Assembly (NCBI GenBank): GCA_050633305.1
Contig: JBOEGF010000005.1
Coordinates: 288,001 to 352,000 of the forward strand
DNA length: 64,000 nucleotides
Origin: Nannocystales bacterium
GTDB lineage: Bacteria > Myxococcota_A > Polyangia > Nannocystales > Nannocystaceae
Reading direction: 5' to 3'
The translations under genes and the position numbers were made by a program. Under the pieces are notes generated by a model. It was not told the origin of the DNA. It did no database searches and was given only the letters and a program-made list of their open reading frames with translations. Below, piece after piece: positions 48,270-61,156 of this stretch; within the stretch, counting starts at the first letter, position 1; the number at the start of each line of letters is the position of its first letter.

Positions 48270-49469
48270 TCACGTGGAGCGAAGATCGAGGGTCGCAACG
48301 CATTCGACGTGGTGCGTGTGGGGGAACATGTCGACCGGCTGAACATCCACGAGGTCGAATGCGCCATTTTCGCCACACAAGACCGCCAGATCTCGTCCAA
48401 GGCTGGCTGGGTCGCAGGACACGTAGATTACGCGGCGAGGCTTGAAATTCGCCACCGCCTCGAGCGCCTCGGGGAGACAGCCACTGCGCGGTGGGTCGAG
48501 GATCACGACGTCGACCTTCTGCTCGAGTTTGGGCAGTAGCAGCTCTGCCCGGGCGCAGATCAGTTCGACGTTGTCGAGTCCCGCGAGCGCCTTCTTCGCA
48601 GCTTCGATCGCCGGAGCACTCTCTTCGATCGCGATCACCTTGCCCACGGTGTCAGCGAGAAGCGCGGCGAACGTGCCGACTCCCGCGTAGGCATCGGCGA
48701 CGACGGTGTCGGCGTCCCCTTCGACGCGGGCTCGGACCACGTCGATGAGTTTCTCGGCCTGCGGCCGGTTCACCTGGAAGAACGCGCTGGCTGCGACGAG
48801 AAACTCTCGCCCGTGCAGTCGCTCGGTGATGTGCTGTTGGCCGGTCTCCAAGCCGTACTCGGTCAGGTCGAGCTTCGGTTGAATCATGACCTGGTCAGCG
48901 TCGGCACCCACGCGGATGTTGCACTGCGTGGCGTCGTTCAAGTTCCCCTGAAGCTTGGCCAGGACGCCGTTGATACGCGGGTCCATGATCTTGCATTCGG
49001 GAACCTCGAAGAACTGCCGCTTGAACCGGCGGATGTACCCGAGCTTGCCGTCGCGGACCGTGAACCGGGCGTGGTTGCGGTAGTTCCAGGGGTCTTCAGC
49101 ACCGATGACCTCGGACACGGGAGGCTCCTCGAAGTCGCCGAACTTGCGGAGCTGGGCGCGGACCATGTCGCGCTTGAGCTCGAGCTGGTGCGGGTATGCG
49201 ACGTGTTGGAACTGGCAGCCGCTGCATCCCTCAAAGAGCGGACACGGTGGCTCCACTCGGTGTGCGGACGTGCTCGTGACCTCCTCGACGTCGACAGCGA
49301 CGTAGTTGCGTCGGACCTTTCGGATCTTGACGCGTGCTTCTTCGCCCGGGATCACACCCGCGGCGTAGATCGGCAGCGCCAGTCCCTTGCTCGCGATGCC
49401 ATCGCCACGGGGGGCAACTTCGTCAAACCGAATCGTTACGGTCTCGCCTTCTTCGAATTCGCGCGTCAT
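48270..49469 (-). CDS. rlmD: 23S rRNA (uracil-5)-methyltransferase with TRAM domain and 4Fe-4S motif
   Basis: CPLFEGCSGCQFQH, YRN, AFFQVN, DAYAGVG, LDPPRSG, YVSCDPASL, DMFPHTHHVE. Start 49469 overlaps the upstream stop. Confidence 0.9.
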   Translation of the reverse strand: MTREFEEGETVTIRFDEVAPRGDGIASKGLALPIYAAGVIPGEEARVKIRKVRRNYVAVDVEEVTSTSAHRVEPPCPLFEGCSGCQFQHVAYPHQLELKRDMVRAQLRKFGDFEEPPVSEVIGAEDPWNYRNHARFTVRDGKLGYIRRFKRQFFEVPECKIMDPRINGVLAKLQGNLNDATQCNIRVGADADQVMIQPKLDLTEYGLETGQQHITERLHGREFLVAASAFFQVNRPQAEKLIDVVRARVEGDADTVVADAYAGVGTFAALLADTVGKVIAIEESAPAIEAAKKALAGLDNVELICARAELLLPKLEQKVDVVILDPPRSGCLPEALEAVANFKPRRVIYVSCDPASLGRDLAVLCGENGAFDLVDVQPVDMFPHTHHVECVATLDLRST

Positions 49470-50074
49470 TCGTCTTCCAAATCGAGGTCCCACCGGACCT
49501 CCGTCCAAGTGCTGGCCCGCAGCGACTGAAGGTTCTCGGTGATCCACAGCATCGTGTCGTCGTCCTCGGAGCCGTCGAGGGCGAGTTCCTGCCATTGGCG
49601 GCGGGCAGTCACATATGCCTGGGCCATCGCAGACCAGTCGTCGTAGGCGTCCTGAAGCCGCTGGGCGATCGGGTCGATCATCGACCAGCTGTCGTCGTCT
49701 TCGACCATCCCTGCCGCCGCTCCGAGTCGCGCGACGATGATGAAACGCAGCAACTCCCACGCATTGTCGGGGTTGGGGGAGCTGCCGAGGTCGCGGAGCG
49801 TGTCGTGCAGCTCTCGCGGGCCGTGCACATGCCACCACCGCTGCAACATGCGGCGCGCCTCACCACGAGGGAGGTGGCCGTAGTCGCAGTCACGGCTCAC
49901 AAGTCGGACCGCGGCTTGGCACCACCGACGAGCGGGGAGCTTGGCGTCGAGGTCGGCCTGGTTCTGCTTGGCCTCGCGCGGGGTGGAGCGGCGCCGACTC
50001 GTCAGCCAGGCGAGGACGATGAGGGCGCCCGCGCCGGCGAGCATCCACTGCCAATGTTCCAGCAGCCAGTTCAT
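49466..50074 (-). CDS. DUF1266 domain membrane-anchored protein
   Basis: N-terminal TM, LQRWWHV, AWELLR..VAR.G..AG, YDDW..MA.AY..AR..W. Confidence 0.75.
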   Translation of the reverse strand: MNWLLEHWQWMLAGAGALIVLAWLTSRRRSTPREAKQNQADLDAKLPARRWCQAAVRLVSRDCDYGHLPRGEARRMLQRWWHVHGPRELHDTLRDLGSSPNPDNAWELLRFIIVARLGAAAGMVEDDDSWSMIDPIAQRLQDAYDDWSAMAQAYVTARRQWQELALDGSEDDDTMLWITENLQSLRASTWTEVRWDLDLEDE

Positions 50075-51021
50075 CGGGTGACCGGCTCCAACAGCTCCAA
50101 CGTGCAGTCGTCGGCCCGCAGTCGGACGCGGGTTCCGAAGGGCAGCGCCATGTTGCGGCCGCTGTCGTGCCCAAACTCGAATCCGGTCACCACGGGTACG
50201 CCAAGGGTGCCCAGTCGCTCCAAGACGACCTCTTCGGCCGAGGGGCCAACGCCGGGCTTGGGTCGTTCGCACATGGAGAGCTGCCCTACCAAGACCCCGC
50301 GAACACCTCGGAGGGAGCCGCTGCTGAGTAGGTGTGTGAGCGCTCGATCGATACGGTAGGGCGCCTCGTTGATCTCTTCGATCGCGAGGATGTTGCCCCG
50401 CATCGGTGGGAAGAACCGCGTCCCGACCAAGCTTCGCAAGACCTCCAAGTTGCCTGCGATCAGTCGACCTTCGACGGTGCCGCCGTGCAGCGCCGAGCCT
50501 TCTGAGGCGACGATGGGCGGAGGAACTTCGCCACGAAGGAGGTCGAACAGGTGGGCGACATCTCCGGGGTGAAGTCCGCTGAGTTGCGTGAGGACCGGCC
50601 CGTGGATCGTTGCGACCGAGGCCGCGACCCAGGCCCAGGACAACAACGCGGTGACGTCCGAGAACCCAACGATGGATTTGGGGTTGCGGCGCAGGCGAGC
50701 GGGGTCGAGGCGGCTGAGCAGACGCGTGAGACCATAGCCACCACGCGCGCACAGGATGACGCCCGGGTCGGGTGCCGAGAAAGCGGTGTGCAGGCCTTCC
50801 GCCCGCTCGTCGTCTGGACCGGCAAAGTAGCCATCGGACTCGAGGAGGTTGCTCGCGAGTTCGACGGGGTGCTCGTCTCCCAGCGCCCGCTGGAGTGAGC
50901 GCATCCCTTTGTCCAGCCGGGAGGCCTCGACCGGGCCCGAAGGCGCAACGACATGCACGTGCGTTCCTGGGCGCAGCGCAGGCGGAACATTGATTCCGGG
51001 CGACTGGGTGGGGGCGTTCAA
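50071..51021 (-). CDS. ldcA: LD-carboxypeptidase (peptidase S66)
   Basis: VAPSG, ARGGYG, VGFSDVTAL, HGP, GNL, IEEINE.PY.IDR, FGH. Confidence 0.93.
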   Translation of the reverse strand: MNAPTQSPGINVPPALRPGTHVHVVAPSGPVEASRLDKGMRSLQRALGDEHPVELASNLLESDGYFAGPDDERAEGLHTAFSAPDPGVILCARGGYGLTRLLSRLDPARLRRNPKSIVGFSDVTALLSWAWVAASVATIHGPVLTQLSGLHPGDVAHLFDLLRGEVPPPIVASEGSALHGGTVEGRLIAGNLEVLRSLVGTRFFPPMRGNILAIEEINEAPYRIDRALTHLLSSGSLRGVRGVLVGQLSMCERPKPGVGPSAEEVVLERLGTLGVPVVTGFEFGHDSGRNMALPFGTRVRLRADDCTLELLEPVTR

Positions 51022-51151
51022 CGGGGGCGGACTATATCAGGCAACGGCTGGACCCCTGCATGGAACCGCGATTGTGGAGCTCGTCGTGGCGCGGGCAGCA
51101 TCAGGGGCGGCAGCCCGTGCGCGAGCTGGGCGTTCTTGGGGGCCGAGGCCC

Positions 51152-51231
51152 GCGTTCGGGGTGTTTGAGGGAGGGGACTTCGAAGACAGGGCGTTCGGGG
51201 TGTTTGAGGGAGGGGACTTCGAAGACAGGGC
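51152..51231. repeat. Perfect 39-bp tandem duplication in divergent intergenic region
   Basis: GCGTTCGGGGTGTTTGAGGGAGGGGACTTCGAAGACAGG at 51152 and 51191. Confidence 0.95.
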
Positions 51232-51318
51232 CTGTGACAGCCGAATTCCGGGCCACGAGGCGGGTCCGGTCGGAAGTGGGCGAGACGCACGTGCGTTCCA
51301 CCTTGGGCTGGGTGAACG

Positions 51319-54243
51319 ATGGAAGGACGCAAGCCACTACGGGATACTCGAAAGGTGATCCGAGAGGAGCAACTCCCCGCGTCGAGGACGCAGACGCTCT
51401 CGGACGACGAGGCCGCCGTCGGTGCTCGATGGGAACGTTCCAGAGGTACGAGGATTGGTCGCTACATCGTCGAAGCCCGGCTGGGTGCAGGGGCGATGGG
51501 GGTGGTCTACCGGGCCTTGGATCCGAAGCTGAACCGGCTCGTCGCCATCAAGATGGCCCACGACTCGCAGGCCCGAACCCCGCGCGGTGTCGAACGGTTT
51601 TCTCGGGAGGCCCGGGCGATGGCAGCGTTGCACCACCCGCATGTGGTCGCCGTCTACGACTACGGCGTTCGCGACGGCGATGGGTTTCTCGTGATGGAGT
51701 TGCTCGTCGCCAAGACGCTCACCCAGTGGCTCGAGACCGGGCCCTCCTTGGAGCAGCGAATCCGTGTGCTTCGGCAAGCGGGCGAAGGGCTCGCGGCCGC
51801 CCATGAGGCGGGGTTGGTCCACAGGGACTTCAAGCCTGACAATGTGCTCATCACGGGGGACGGCACCGCGAAAGTCACCGACTTTGGTCTCGTACGTGTC
51901 TATGGCGACGAAGACTCGAACTCCGATGCTTCACCGGCCGTCGTCGCGCCCGAGTTCAGCGGGTCCGGCCCGAGCTCGCACACCGTGACCGCGCAGGGAG
52001 TTGTCCTGGGCACGCCCGCGTACATGTCCCCCGAGCAGCACCGCGCGCACCCGTTGACGCCCCGGTCCGATCAGTACAGCTACTGCTTGACCGCGTTCGA
52101 GGTTCTGACCGGTTCGAGGCTGTTCGAGGCGCCATCGCTGATGAAGCTGGAGCTGATGAAGGACGAAGGTCCCTCGCAGCAGGCGCTTCGCGGCCTGCCT
52201 CTCCCGATCGCACGCGCGCTTCGTCGGGGTCTGCAGCCTCGCGCACGCGACCGTTTCTCCGACGTCCCCGCGCTGCTGCAGGCCCTCCAGCACCGACCAC
52301 TGCGAACGTGGGTGGGTGCGGCAGCGGCCGTGCTGGTGCCGTTGGCGTTGCTCGCCGCTCCTGTGGGAGGCCGCGCCGAGCCTACGTGCACCTCGGAGGA
52401 TTCGACCCCGCTTTGGACCGACGAGCACCGCGACTCCATGCGGGAGGTCTTCGAGCATTCGGTCGAGCCCGGGGCCGGAGAGGTGGCCGAGTTGGTGTTG
52501 TCGATCTTCGAGGGCGAAGCGGAAGCCTGGTCTCGTGCGAGGGCGCGAACGTGCGAGCTTGATGCCGAAGAACGGGACCATGCTGTGGCGTGTCTCGAAA
52601 CGCGCCGTGAGCACTTCGAGGCGACCCGCGATCGAATCTCGGTGCGGTTGGCGGTGCCGGTTCAGCAAGCGACACGGGTCGCTTCTTCGCTGCAACCGTC
52701 CGCCGAGTGCTTGCGGCCGATGTCGGCGCGGCTGGAGGCGGCCAGAGGTGACCCCCGGACCCAGGCGTACTTGGAGGAAGTCGAGCGGCGGAAGAATGCG
52801 GCCTCGGACGCGCTGCGGCGGGACGATGCACGCGCGGCCCGGGCTGAGCTCAACGCCGGACTCGAAGCGATCGCTCAGCTCGAGCCTCCCGCGATCCGAT
52901 CGAAGCCGTTGGCCGACGTCGGGAACCTCCTCGATTCCGCTGGTGACGCCCAACGAGCCTCGGAGGTACTGGCCGAAGCCTACGCACATGCAACCGCTGC
53001 AAGCGACGACCGGAACGCGGCTTCGGCCGCCATTCGCCTGGTCTGGGTTGAAGGCGTGGCGCTGGGCCGACCGGACGAGGGTCGTCGGTGGTCGCGGAAG
53101 GCCGAGACTCATCTCGCTCACTTCACGCCGCGGCCCGACATGGCGGCCGCACGGTTCGTCAACCTCGCCGCGATCTCCCAGGGAGAGGGCGACCTGGAGC
53201 GAGCGTTGGAGCTCATGAGGCAGGCCAACGAGGTCGCCGAGTCGGACGAGGACACGCCGGTGTCGCCTGCCCGGCAGAACACGTTGCTGATGGGGCGAGC
53301 CCGCCGGGAACACAATGTTGGCGCGTTGAACTACTGGCTCAGCCGCAACAAGGAAGCGTTGGCGGCGTTTCAACGAGAGGTGGGGATCATTCAGACCGCT
53401 CGTGGTGTCGACCACCTCGACACGCTCGATGGACTCGAGGGCGTTGCGCTCACAGCGGACGCGATTGGGGACCTCGAACTCGCCCGGGTCTCCGCAAAAT
53501 CGAGAATCCGGATTCTCGAGAAACACCGGGGTAAGGACCACCCCAGTGTCGGAGCTGCCCTGCAAACCCTCGCGTCGGTCGAGTACTCGCTCGGCGATCT
53601 CGAGGCGGTTCGGCGGTTGTACGAACGAACGATCGCCCTTCTGTTGGCTCATGAAGAGCCGGGGTACGAGCTTCGGTTGGCGAGCGCCCGGGTTGAGCTC
53701 ACCACCGTGCTCCGAGAACTCGGCGAGGCAGAGGCCGCGATGGAACAGGCCCATCTCGCGTATGCCGGGTTCGAGCAGGGGACGGACCCCGCGTATGCCG
53801 GGCACCGCGCCGGAGCGCTGCGCGAGTTGGCGCTGCTTCACTCTCAACTCGGTGAACACGACGAGGCGCTCGAGTACATGGAGCGGGCGCACGCGGCCGG
53901 CGGTGACTCCGTTCTGGAGCTGGCCAACCGGGTGGTGTTCGCCGTCGCGCAGATCTACGTCTTCATCGGGGCGGGCCGACACGAGGATGCGGTCGCCACA
54001 GGGGAGGCCGCGATGGAGATCGGACGCAAGGCGCCGAACTCCGTGGATACGATGTTGTTGCAGCTTCGGCTCGCTGAGGCGCTTGCACACCGCGGGGCCA
54101 AGGGCGACTACAAGAAAGCGCTCGAGATACAGGGGGAGGTCGAATCCAAGGCTCGTCGCAACGACGCCCTCATCATTCTGGAGCGCGACCTCCCGGAGTC
54201 TCGGGCCGAGGTCACCGCGCTGGGCAAGACACACGTGCCGTGA
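51319..54243 (+). CDS. Hanks-type Ser/Thr protein kinase with TM and TPR repeats
   Basis: LGAGAMGVVY, VAIK, HRDFKPDN, DFGL, GTPAYMSPEQ, SDQYS, a TM segment and TPRs (G.DHP.V). Confidence 0.95.
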   Translation: MEGRKPLRDTRKVIREEQLPASRTQTLSDDEAAVGARWERSRGTRIGRYIVEARLGAGAMGVVYRALDPKLNRLVAIKMAHDSQARTPRGVERFSREARAMAALHHPHVVAVYDYGVRDGDGFLVMELLVAKTLTQWLETGPSLEQRIRVLRQAGEGLAAAHEAGLVHRDFKPDNVLITGDGTAKVTDFGLVRVYGDEDSNSDASPAVVAPEFSGSGPSSHTVTAQGVVLGTPAYMSPEQHRAHPLTPRSDQYSYCLTAFEVLTGSRLFEAPSLMKLELMKDEGPSQQALRGLPLPIARALRRGLQPRARDRFSDVPALLQALQHRPLRTWVGAAAAVLVPLALLAAPVGGRAEPTCTSEDSTPLWTDEHRDSMREVFEHSVEPGAGEVAELVLSIFEGEAEAWSRARARTCELDAEERDHAVACLETRREHFEATRDRISVRLAVPVQQATRVASSLQPSAECLRPMSARLEAARGDPRTQAYLEEVERRKNAASDALRRDDARAARAELNAGLEAIAQLEPPAIRSKPLADVGNLLDSAGDAQRASEVLAEAYAHATAASDDRNAASAAIRLVWVEGVALGRPDEGRRWSRKAETHLAHFTPRPDMAAARFVNLAAISQGEGDLERALELMRQANEVAESDEDTPVSPARQNTLLMGRARREHNVGALNYWLSRNKEALAAFQREVGIIQTARGVDHLDTLDGLEGVALTADAIGDLELARVSAKSRIRILEKHRGKDHPSVGAALQTLASVEYSLGDLEAVRRLYERTIALLLAHEEPGYELRLASARVELTTVLRELGEAEAAMEQAHLAYAGFEQGTDPAYAGHRAGALRELALLHSQLGEHDEALEYMERAHAAGGDSVLELANRVVFAVAQIYVFIGAGRHEDAVATGEAAMEIGRKAPNSVDTMLLQLRLAEALAHRGAKGDYKKALEIQGEVESKARRNDALIILERDLPESRAEVTALGKTHVP

Positions 54244-54285
54244 GTCCGTGGCCGCGGGCGCAACGAGCTGTTCGATGTGCCGGAG

Positions 54286-55695
54286 TCAGTCTTCGATGAT
54301 GCGCAACGGAATCTCAGGATCGAGGACGTAGCCGGTATCGGTCCGGACGAGAAGGTCGCGCAGCCCCATCTTCCGCAGTGTCGTCATCGCCACGTAGACC
54401 CGGTTCGCGCCAGCGCGGGGCAGGAGTTTCTCGTCGGTCCATGCTCGGTCGAGCATGTCTGAGACCGAGAGCGCGCGCCCCGGTTCGTCCCGACGCGCCG
54501 CGAGCATGGTTGCGAACACCCGGGTGAGGGTTTTGCGTCGCTCGAGGTCGAAACGTTGCCCGCCCGGCGTCGTGTACCAACGGCCGCTCGCGTCGGCGAC
54601 GAAGGGCTCTCGCTCGACCTTCCTACCGTAGGTCGAGATGCCAGCCGCGCTCGATTGCTGGGCGAGGAGCGCGTCGAGTCCTTCAAAGGGCGTGAGCGTG
54701 TCACCGTGAGCTTCAACGGCTGCACGCTCGACGAGGGCCTCGAGCTCGTGGAGGTTGCCTGGCCATCGATGACGGAGCAGGCGAAAGGCGAACTCGGCGT
54801 CGAGTCGAGCGTTGGGGTTGCAGTAGCGACGGGCGAACGCGAGCGCGAGCTGTGGGATATCCGTGCGGCGCTCGGTGAGGGAGGGAACCCGGATCGACCA
54901 GCGACGAAGGCGGTGCACCAGCTCGGGACGGAGGCGGTGCGCGAGTCCTTCGGGTGACTCCACCGTGCAGGCCACCAGCCCCGTGTCCTGAAACTCTGCG
55001 GCGTCGAGGCGGTCGACGAGAAGAAGTTGGGCCGCGGGGGGGAGCTCTTCGACGTTATCGAGGACCACCGTGCCCCCTGATGCGGCGTCGAGCACCGCGC
55101 GCAGCAGCGTCTCCTCATCCGGGGTTCGTCCACAGCGGGTGACCTCCAGTGGGCCCTTGCGTCCGGAAACGCCGTGAAGGTGTCGAGCGAACACGCTCTT
55201 GCCGACGCCGGACTCCCCCCATAGGAGGGTTGGGCCACGGGTCGACGCCTTGCGGACGGTGGCGATCGCGGAGAGGAACGCATGGCTGTTCCCCACCAGC
55301 CCTTCGGGTGCCCGCTCGGTGGGCGGCTGCGGCTCGCGTGTCACCAGGAGCAGCGCGCGGCCGAGCCCAACGACGTCTCCCGAGACCAAAGGATGCTCTT
55401 GGACGCGGCTCCCGTTGACGTAGGTCCCGTTGCGGCTCCCGGCATCTCGGAGCATCGGCGTCCCGGCGCTCCGCGGATCGAACTCGGCGTGGGCTCGCGA
55501 GATGTGCCCATCATCGAGGACGCCCGCTCCGAACCCATCGGACTTGCGACCCAACGCGAGAGGCCCATCGAGGGCGAGCCGTCGACCGATGTGGGAGGGG
55601 TCATCGTGATGGACCAGTTCGATCCACCAACGTTTCGGGGGCCGGCCGTCGTCCTCCGCCAGGGTGGAGGTCTGCGTCGTTTCCGTGGTCGCCAA
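54286..55695 (-). CDS. FHA domain + degenerate sigma54-activator-type AAA+ domain + winged-helix-like C-terminus
   Basis: FHA (LGR, ISRAHA, GSRNGTYVNG), Walker A GESGVGKS, PSLTERRTDI, WPGNLHEL. GAFTGA is absent. Confidence 0.85.
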   Translation of the reverse strand: MATTETTQTSTLAEDDGRPPKRWWIELVHHDDPSHIGRRLALDGPLALGRKSDGFGAGVLDDGHISRAHAEFDPRSAGTPMLRDAGSRNGTYVNGSRVQEHPLVSGDVVGLGRALLLVTREPQPPTERAPEGLVGNSHAFLSAIATVRKASTRGPTLLWGESGVGKSVFARHLHGVSGRKGPLEVTRCGRTPDEETLLRAVLDAASGGTVVLDNVEELPPAAQLLLVDRLDAAEFQDTGLVACTVESPEGLAHRLRPELVHRLRRWSIRVPSLTERRTDIPQLALAFARRYCNPNARLDAEFAFRLLRHRWPGNLHELEALVERAAVEAHGDTLTPFEGLDALLAQQSSAAGISTYGRKVEREPFVADASGRWYTTPGGQRFDLERRKTLTRVFATMLAARRDEPGRALSVSDMLDRAWTDEKLLPRAGANRVYVAMTTLRKMGLRDLLVRTDTGYVLDPEIPLRIIED

Positions 55696-55927
55696 GGAAT
55701 CGCCAGTATCCCACTTCGTCAGGAGGACACCGGGCCGGGAGGGGGTTCACCCCGGGACGGAACAGGACCTTTCAAAGGGAGCTCCTGGAGTTCGGGCGCT
55801 CGGCCACGGCTGCAGGGGCACCGCACAGACCTGTCTCGGTGCTTAAACCTCGATATCGTGGTCGAGACGCTGTCGCATTGAGCCTCTCGGACGAGGTGCG
55901 CCTTCGACGTGCTGTCCAGTCGCAGAC

Positions 55928-56887
55928 TCAGAACCGGACCCGCACGGACATCCCGGCGTAGGTTGGGCTCATGGCGGGGGCGACCGAGACCTGGGCGCCC
56001 CGGGGGCGGTGGACGAGCACCGAGATCCCGGTCGCCAGGATCGTGGGCGCGGCGACGAGGACCATGAATCCCGCGCGAGCACGTTTCACCTCGTTCAGTC
56101 CGTCGTTGAGCTGAGCATACTCGGCATCGGTCAGTGCGCCCGTATCGCCATCGAACTCACGACCGATGTCGACGGCCTGTTGTGCGCCCGAGCCGAGAAG
56201 GCCCGCTCCCACCGCGACACCTGCGGTCCCCAGTACCACCGCGGTTGTTCCCGTCCCGATGGCGATGCGCCGCTTCTGCGCCAGGCTGTAGCGCGGGTTT
56301 TGGCCAAGCCAGTCGCCGAACGCCCGACCCGCGACGGCTCCGAACACGGCCCCACCTGCACCAAACCCAACCGCCCCGAAGACCCGTCCTCCTCGAACAC
56401 CGATGTCGCCGTCGCTCGCTCCATTGCAGGAGGTGATGTCGTCCTGACTCCCGCATTCGGGGAGCAGCGCCAGTCGGCCCATCACGATCGCCGAACCTGC
56501 GAGGCCCAGACCGACGACTCCCGGAACCCAGACGTCGCGCGGTGGGGTTCGCCTGATACCGTCGGGGAAGGGATCATGGACTCCGGACGCCTGCATCGAG
56601 GGCTCGACGTCCGCGGTGACCCGGTCCTCCCGTGGCGCGCGGGCTGCTGCCTCGAGCTCGGAGAGGTCGACCCCGTCGAACGGTAGCTGTTCCCCCTCCG
56701 TCGACTCGTCGCTGACGATCGACTCGTCGAGCTCCTCGAAGTCGGCGTCGTCGACGCCTACGCCGCGCTCGCCCGATTCGGTGACCGTCGGTGCGGGCTC
56801 GGTGGAGGTCGCGAAGGCGACGGACGGGGCGAGGGAGGTTGCGAGAAAGAGGAAGGCGAGGGCGGAGGAACGTTGTGGTCGCAGCAT
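55928..56887 (-). CDS. Hypothetical secreted/membrane protein with Gly-rich hydrophobic segments
   Basis: Signal peptide, acidic linker, Gly-zipper-like helices and C-terminal VAP....AGMSVRVRF. Confidence 0.7.
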   Translation of the reverse strand: MLRPQRSSALAFLFLATSLAPSVAFATSTEPAPTVTESGERGVGVDDADFEELDESIVSDESTEGEQLPFDGVDLSELEAAARAPREDRVTADVEPSMQASGVHDPFPDGIRRTPPRDVWVPGVVGLGLAGSAIVMGRLALLPECGSQDDITSCNGASDGDIGVRGGRVFGAVGFGAGGAVFGAVAGRAFGDWLGQNPRYSLAQKRRIAIGTGTTAVVLGTAGVAVGAGLLGSGAQQAVDIGREFDGDTGALTDAEYAQLNDGLNEVKRARAGFMVLVAAPTILATGISVLVHRPRGAQVSVAPAMSPTYAGMSVRVRF

Positions 56888-57052
56888 CGGGGCGGGGGGG
56901 CGACTCGACGGGGGAGCGAGCGCAACCAAGTGGTTGTCTCCCCAGCGCCGAATCCATTACTCCGACCCACGGTTTTTTCCGGGCTTCGTTCCCATGACGC
57001 GGCGAGACGTGATGTCGATCGCCGGGACGCTTGCGAGGTGGCCTCCGCTGGG

Positions 57053-57661
57053 CTAACGACGCTTGCGGTTGCGACGACGACTACGTTTGCTCCCGCCGGA
57101 GCTGCGCTCATCACCGGACGCGGCGTTCCCTGGGTTTTCCGCGTCGGTCGTGGGCGCCTCAGCAGCCTCCGCCGGGGCTTCGCCATCTGCGCGCTGTTGT
57201 TCCGCAGAGTCGGAGCCGGAACCGGGGTCAGCGTCCGAGTTCGAGTCTGAGTCCGAGTTCGGCTCCAGACGCTCTCGTTCCTGAAGGTCGGGTTCGCCGT
57301 CGTCGAGGTCGGGGTCGACCACAGGGGCGGGCATCGCCATCGCGGGGGCGTGGTCTTCCGGGGGCGCTTGCCCATCCTCGAGATGCTCGGTTCCCATCAT
57401 CGAGGCGGCTTCGTGGGCCTGCGCGTCGGTGAGCTTTCCGACGACGCCGCGGGGCTGCTCGTTCCCCTCGACCTCGAACACTTTGTCGACCAGGAAGAGC
57501 TTCGGCCCGTCCTCGCCGTCCTCAGATCCGTGCAGGGTCAGGATCGAGTGTGTGGGCGGGGGTGCCGCGGTCGCGATGAAGTACCGGTCGTCACCCTTGG
57601 CTTCCAGGGCTGCGGACTCGAGGAGCGTGGTGTGACGAAGCGCGACTCGGTACTCGGACAT
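57053..57661 (-). CDS. Hypothetical protein with acidic disordered region and Arg-rich C-terminus
   Basis: ORF divergent from secA, ending GGSKRSRRRNRKRR. Confidence 0.65.
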   Translation of the reverse strand: MSEYRVALRHTTLLESAALEAKGDDRYFIATAAPPPTHSILTLHGSEDGEDGPKLFLVDKVFEVEGNEQPRGVVGKLTDAQAHEAASMMGTEHLEDGQAPPEDHAPAMAMPAPVVDPDLDDGEPDLQERERLEPNSDSDSNSDADPGSGSDSAEQQRADGEAPAEAAEAPTTDAENPGNAASGDERSSGGSKRSRRRNRKRR

Positions 57662-57885
57662 CTGCAAAACCGACTCTATCAGCTCCGAATCGACAACACA
57701 GGCCACTTTTGCGCCTCTTCGTCAGATCTTGTCGGCCCGGGCGTAGGCTGAGCTCTCGGGTCGCGTCCAGTCCGCGTTTACAGCTGGGCGTCCGAACCGT
57801 AGCCTTCCCCACACTCCGCGCCTCGTCAGGCCTTCGCAATTGCGCGCCTGGACGGGTATCAACGGCGCGAGAAAGCCACGCACGC

Positions 57886-61023
<3,138 letters not shown>

Positions 61024-61044
61024 TCCCGTCCGGGGGGTTATTCA

Positions 61045-61074
61045 CACGGGCTCGCGGAAAACCGCGGGCCCGTG
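61045..61074 (+). terminator. Stem-loop downstream of secA
   Basis: CACGGGCTCGCGG-aaaa-CCGCGGGCCCGTG; weak U tract. Confidence 0.5.
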
Positions 61075-61156
61075 GTCGATTTCGGGGTCCGGAAATCGGT
61101 TGGGCATCGTCCGATTTGCGGAATCTGAGCGTGCCGCAGCCGGTATCTCCAACACG

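Noticed and set aside
51152..51231. CRISPR array
   Set aside because: Two directly adjacent copies, no spacers, no cas genes.
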